NCBI GenBank assembly: GCA_964016885.1
Contig: OZ024747.1
Coordinates: forward strand, 49,910,001-49,974,000
Reading direction: 5' to 3'
From: Eledone cirrhosa
Taxonomy: Eukaryota
Length of the DNA: 64,000 nucleotides
Shown: positions 58,250 through 64,000 of the stretch, one piece after another
How positions within the stretch are numbered: position 1 is the stretch's first letter
Layout of the letters: every line of letters begins with the position of its first letter
Position numbers and translations under genes: made by a program
Notes under the pieces: generated by a model
Databases searched by the model: none
Seen by the model: only the letters and a program-made list of their open reading frames with translations
Told to the model about the DNA's origin: nothing

Positions 58250-61200
58250 AAAATATGATGCTAAAGTGATGGTAAGAAAACCCCAACATGGCCAATACCC
58301 CACAAAATACCATGCTAAAGTAATGGTGAGAAAACCCCAACATGGCCAATACCCCACAAAATACCATGCTAAAGTAATGGTAAGAAAACCCCAACATGGC
58401 CAATACCCCACAAAATACCATGCTAAAGTGATGGTAAGAAAACGCCAACATGGCCAATACCCCACAAAATACCATGCTAAAGTGATGGTAAGAAAACCCC
58501 AACATGGCCAATACCCAACAAAATACCATGCTAAAGTGATGGTAAGAGAACCCCCAGCATGGCCAATACCCTTAAAATACCATGCTAAAGTAATGGTAAG
58601 AAAACCCCAACATGGCCAATACCCTCAAAATACCATGCTAAAGTAATGGTAAGAAAACCCCCAGCATAGCCAATACCCCGCAAAATACCATGCTAAAGTA
58701 ATTGTAAGAAAACCCCCCAACATGGCCAATACCCTCAAAATACCATGCTAAAGTAATGGTAAGAAAACCCCAACATGGCCAATAGCCTCAAAATACCATG
58801 CTAAAGTGATGGTAAGAAAACCCCAACATGGCCAGTACCCTCAAAATACCATGCTAAAGAAGTGGTAAGAAAACCCCAGCATGGCCAATACCCCCAAAAT
58901 ATCATGCTAAAGTAATGGTAAGAAAACCCCCAACATGGCCAATACCCCCAAAATACCATGCTAAAGTAATGGTAAGAAAACCCCCAGCATGGCCAATACC
59001 CCACAAAATACCATGCTAAAGTAATGGTAAGAAAACCCATAACATGGACAATACCCATTAAAATACCATGCTAAAGTAAAGGTAAGAAAACCCCCAACAT
59101 GGCCAATACCCCACAAAATACCATGCTAAAGTAATGGTAGGAAAACCCCCAACATGGCCAATACTCCACAAAATACCATGCTAAAGTAATGGTAAGAAAA
59201 CCCTACCATGGCCAATACCCCACAAAATACCATGCTAAAGTAATGGTAAGAAAACCCCCAGCATGGCCAATACCCCACAAAGTACCATGCTAAAGTAATG
59301 GTAAGAAAACCCCCAACTTGGCCAATACCCCACAAAATACCATGCTAAAGTAATGGTAAGAAAACCCCCAGCATGGCCAATACCCCACAAAATACCATGC
59401 TAAAGTAATCGTAAGAAAAACACCAGCATGGCCAATACCCCCCAAATACCATGCTAAAGTAATGGTAAGAAAACCCACAACATGGCCAATAGCCCCAAAA
59501 TACCATGCTAAAGTAATTGTAAGAAAACCCCCAGCATGGCCAATACCCCACAAAATACCATGCTAAAGTAATGGTAAGAAAACCCGCAACATGGCCAATA
59601 CCCATTAAAATACCATGCTAAAGTAAAGGTAAGAAAACCCCCAACATGGCCAATACCCCAGAAAATACAATGCTAAAGTAATGGTAGGAAAACCCCCAAC
59701 ATGGCCAATACTCCACAAAATACCATGCTAAAGTAATGGTCAGAAAACCCTACCATGGCCAATACCCCACAAAATACCATGCTAAAGTAATTGTAAGAAA
59801 ACCCCCAGCATGGCCAATACCCCACAAACTACCATGCTAAAGTAATGGTAAGAAAACCCCCAGCATGGCCAATACCCCACAAAATACCATGCTAAAGTAA
59901 TGGTAAGAAAACCCTAACATGGCCAATACCCCACAAAATACCATGCTAAAGTAATTGTAAGAAAACCCCCAACATAGCCAATACCCCACAAAATACCATG
60001 CTAAAGTAATGGTAGGAAAACCCCCAACATGGCCAATACCCCACAAAATACCATGCTAAAGTAATTGTAAGAAAACCCCCAGCATGGCTAATACCCCACA
60101 AAATACCATGCTAAAGTAATGGTAAGAAAACCCCAACATGGCCAATACCCCACAAAATACCATGCTAAAGTAATTGTAAGAAAACCCCCAGCATGGCCAA
60201 TACCCCACAAAGTCCCATGCTAAAGTAATGGTAAGAAAACCCCTAACATGGCCAATACCCCACAAAATACCATGCTAAAGTAATGGTAAGAAAAACCCCC
60301 AACATGGCCAATACCCCACAAAATACCATGCTAAAGTAATGGTAAGAAAACCCCCAACATGGCCAATATCCCACAAAATACCATGCTAAAGTAATGGTAA
60401 GAAAACCCCCAACATGGCCAATACCCCACAAAATACCATGCTAATGTAATGGTAAGAAAAACCCCAGCATGGCCAATACCCCCAAAATACCATGCTAAAG
60501 TAATGGTAAGAAAACCCACAACATGGCCAATAGCCCCAAAATACCATGCTAAAGTAATTGTAAGAAAACCCCCAGCATGGCCAATACCCCACAAAATACC
60601 ATGCTAAAGTAATGGTAAGAAAACCCACAACATGGCCAATACCCATTAAAATACCATGCTAAAGTAAAGGTAAGAAAACCCCCAACATGGCCAATACCCC
60701 ACAAAATACCATGCTAAAGTAATGGTAGGAAAACCCCCAACATGGCCAATACTCCACAAAATACCATGCTAAAGTAATGGTAAGAAAACCCTACCATGGC
60801 CAATACCCCACAAAATACCATGCTAAAGTAATGGTAAGAAAACCCACAACATGGCCAATACCCCACAAAATACCATGCTAAAGTAATGGTAAGAAAACCC
60901 CCAACATGGCCAATATCCCACAAAATACCATGCTAAAGTAATTGTAAGAAAACCCCCAACATGGCTAATACCCCACAAAATACCATGCTAAAGTAATGGT
61001 AGGAAAACCCCCAACATGGCCAATACCCCACAAAATACCATGCTAAAGTAATGGTAAGAAAACCCCAACATGGCCAATACCCCACAAAATACCATGCTAA
61101 AGTAATGGTAAGAAAAACCCCAGCATGGCCAATACCCCCAAAATACCATGCTAAAGTAATTGTAAGAAAACCCCCAGCATGGCCAATACCCCACAAAATA

Positions 61201-62002
61201 CCATGCTAAAGTAATGGTAAGAAAACCCCAACATGGCCAATACCCCACAAAATACCATGCTAAAGTAATTGTAAGAAAACCCCCAGCATGGCCAATACCC
61301 CACAAAATACCATGCTAAAGTAATGGCAAGAAAAACCCCAGCATGGCCAATACCCCCAAAATACCATGCTAAAGTAATTGTAAGAAAACCCCCAGCATGG
61401 CCAATACCCCACAAAATACCATGCTAAAGTAATGGTAAGAAAACCCCAACATGGCCAATACCCCACAAAATACCATGCTAAAGTAATTGTAAGAAAACCC
61501 CCAGCATGGCCAATACCCCACAAAATACCATGCTAAAGTAATGGTAAGAAAACCCCCAACATGGCCAATACCCCACAAAATACCATGCTAAAGTAATGGT
61601 AAGAAAACCCCCAACATGGCCAATACCCCACAAAATACCATGCTAAAGTAATGGTAAGAAAAACCCCAGCATGGCCAATACCCCCAAAATACCATGCTAA
61701 AGTAATGGTAAGAAAACCCACAACATGGCCAATACCCCCAAAATACCATACTAAAGTAATGGTAAGAAAACCCCCAGCATGGCCAATACCCCCAAAATAC
61801 CATACTAAAGTAATGGTAAGAAAACCCACAACATGGCCAATACCCCCAAAATACCATGCTAAAGTAATGGTAAGAAAACCTCCAACATGGCCAATACCCC
61901 CAAAATACCAAGCTAAAGTAATGGTAAGAAAACCCCCAGCATGGCCAATACCCCCAAAATACCATGCTAAAGCAATGTTAAGAAAAACCTCAACTTTGCC
62001 AA
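58250..62002. repeat. 54-55-bp satellite (CATGCTAAAGTAATGGTAAGAAAACCCCCAACATGGCCAATACCCCACAAAATAC)n
   Basis: Roughly 68 abutting copies with no unique spacers. Confidence 0.97.
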
Positions 62003-63201
62003 TCATCATCATCATTTAACGTCTATCTTCCATGCTAGCATGGGTTAGACGAGAGTTGTCCCACTTGAGACAAGATTGGTCGGGTTACTGTGTCTCCCTC
62101 GTATAGGACTATCTGGCAGGTTTTCAGTGTGGACTGGGAGGTTTTTACTGTGTTACCTACACGGTCACATTACAGCGTGGACTGTGTGTTTTTTTTTTGT
62201 CATGACACCTACACGATCTCGATCTTGATCTAATTATCTCATTAGTTTGAACTGAATGTTGTGATACCAACATAACTTTACAGAGAAAGGGTGGTGTTAG
62301 TGGGAGTGGGAGGATAGAGTAGGGGTAGTGGGTTGGGGTGTATATTTGGTTAAGAGGTGCCTACTGACGGCCGGTCTTCTGTATTGCTGTGTGGTGCCAA
62401 AGATCTCGATCCAGTGACATTGTCTTAGAGGGGTGCAAGTATTTAATTTTGGAATTCATCAAATCATCCCAGGTTTTTCTGGGTCTACCTACTCCGTAAC
62501 TTCCATCAATTTTGATCGCCATGCACTTTTTTATACAGCTGTCGTCTTTCATGCGCATCACGTGACCATATCAATGTATTCTTCTCTCAAGTAAACAGCA
62601 CCTGATCCCTCTTATTCCTAATTTCTCACTTAGTTCATTTATGCTTTGCCGTTCACGTATATTACTATTACACATCCAACGGAGCATGCAAGCTTCGTTC
62701 CTCACCAGTCTGCGTAGATCCTCTGCACACAAGGCCCATGTCTCACTGCTATGTAGCATCGCTGTTCATATACATGCATCATATGTAGCATTGCTGTTCA
62801 TATACATGCATCATACAATCTGCCTTTCATTTTTAGAGAGAAACCTTTTGTGGCCAACAGTGATATAAGCTTTCTGAACTTTTTCCATCCCATTCTAACT
62901 CTGGCTACTGTACTTTCAGAGCACCCTCCACCACTGCTGATTTTGTCACCCAGGTAACGCAGTGTCCACTATTTCTATAGAACCATCTAGCCGATAGAAG
63001 GAGCTAGTGTCCTGTGGGCACTTGCTACTTATTGCACCTGGGCATCAGCCACATATAAAATCTACGTTCTTAGATAGCTTACCTGTGATCCCACTACATC
63101 TTTTATGTACCCATAGTTTGCATATGGGACATAAAATGGAATTTCTACCTACTCCTTTCTTACACACTAAGCATGGCCATTTCCCAGAGGGCACCTGTGC
63201 C
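62002..63201 (-). mobile_element. RTE-clade LINE 3' part, same family as 14490-16438, interrupted by a hAT element
   Basis: Collinear with 14490-15627; frameshifts and a 32-bp tandem duplication at ~62751-62813. Confidence 0.93.
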
Positions 63202-64000
63202 CAGGGCCGGATTAAAACCCTTAGAGGCCATAAGCGCTAAAAGATTTTGGTGCCCCCATACATTTTTAGATCAAAACATAAACAATAATATATGGTAAAT
63301 TAAAGTTTTATTTATTGAAATTTAAAAATAAAGTAAAACATACAGAAAGAGAGAAAATAATTTTATTTATTGAATAATTTGTTCCTGCTTTTTTTTTTTG
63401 CAAAGTCTTTGATCAGATCCTCGTAACCAATCTTACGTAACACATCTGCTTCTATACACAATAGGGATAAAGCATCCAGTCTGTATTGTTGCATGGTTTT
63501 TCTGAAGGGATTTTTAATATATTTCAACCGTGAAAATGAACGCTCTGCTGAGCAGTTAGTAACCATTAATGTTAAAAATATACGAAAGGCTATGTCTACA
63601 TTTGGAAAGGCACACTCAATATTGTCTTTTACAATAATTTTATAAAGTTCAGCATGATTAAATCTTGTTTTTACATTTTCTGTTCTAATCATCTTATTTC
63701 GCACATATAAATGAAACTGCTGAAGCTCAGCTGAGAAATTACTATTGAATTCCTCTGGATAAGCATCAATCAACTTTTGACAGTACTGAGAATACCTTTC
63801 AATATTAGTAGCTGATGGAGTGCCTATATTTGGCACATCACTAAGAAAAGAAAATTTCTCTGCCATTCCTTTGTATATCTCTACTCTTCTTTCCATCTCA
63901 GCTGCAAGTTTGTCAACAATTGTGTAAAATGTGGTGATACGAAACTTATCTCTGGCATCTAAATAAACTTCTGCTGTGTCTCCGTCATTGGCTACTTTTT
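63202..64000 (-). mobile_element. hAT DNA transposon, 3' end
   Basis: Terminus CAGGGCCGGATT at 63202 exactly where RTE homology stops; AATAAA on the minus strand at ~63311. Confidence 0.9.
63363..63998 (-). CDS. hAT transposase C-terminal part (hATC dimerisation domain), runs off the window
   Basis: FPNVDIAFRIFLTLMVTNCSAERSFSRLKYIK...RLDALSLLCIE; the frame stays open to the window edge. Confidence 0.93.
   Translation of the reverse strand, partial: KVANDGDTAEVYLDARDKFRITTFYTIVDKLAAEMERRVEIYKGMAEKFSFLSDVPNIGTPSATNIERYSQYCQKLIDAYPEEFNSNFSAELQQFHLYVRNKMIRTENVKTRFNHAELYKIIVKDNIECAFPNVDIAFRIFLTLMVTNCSAERSFSRLKYIKNPFRKTMQQYRLDALSLLCIEADVLRKIGYEDLIKDFAKKKSRNKLFNK

Noticed and set aside
58250-62002. 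CRISPR-like regular array
   Set aside because: No unique spacers, no cas genes, eukaryotic context

Overview
Repeat-dominated animal genomic DNA. The SINE/LINE repertoire and microsatellite load suggest an octopus-like coleoid cephalopod (inference only). Almost all ORFs in the supplied track are artefacts of simple repeats. Supported content: three RTE-clade LINE copies, a nearly intact CR1-like LINE, a stack of L1/Tx1-like fragments, the 3' end of a hAT transposase element, several MITEs, about 20 tRNA-derived SINE copies from three families, and large tandem arrays (an 11.5 kb array with ~1.8 kb higher-order units, and 35, 73, 16, 25, 23, 20 and 55 bp minisatellites). The unique islands between repeats hold a chain of small + strand exons with mostly canonical splice sites. 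They join in compatible phases but carry stops and a frameshift, so this is probably a decaying intron-containing gene; I do not recognise the family. Other notable structures are a (TA)n-anchored ~870 bp inverted duplication, a minimal hammerhead-like motif and a structured bipartite RTE-derived element. No clearly novel multi-gene system is demonstrable from sequence alone.
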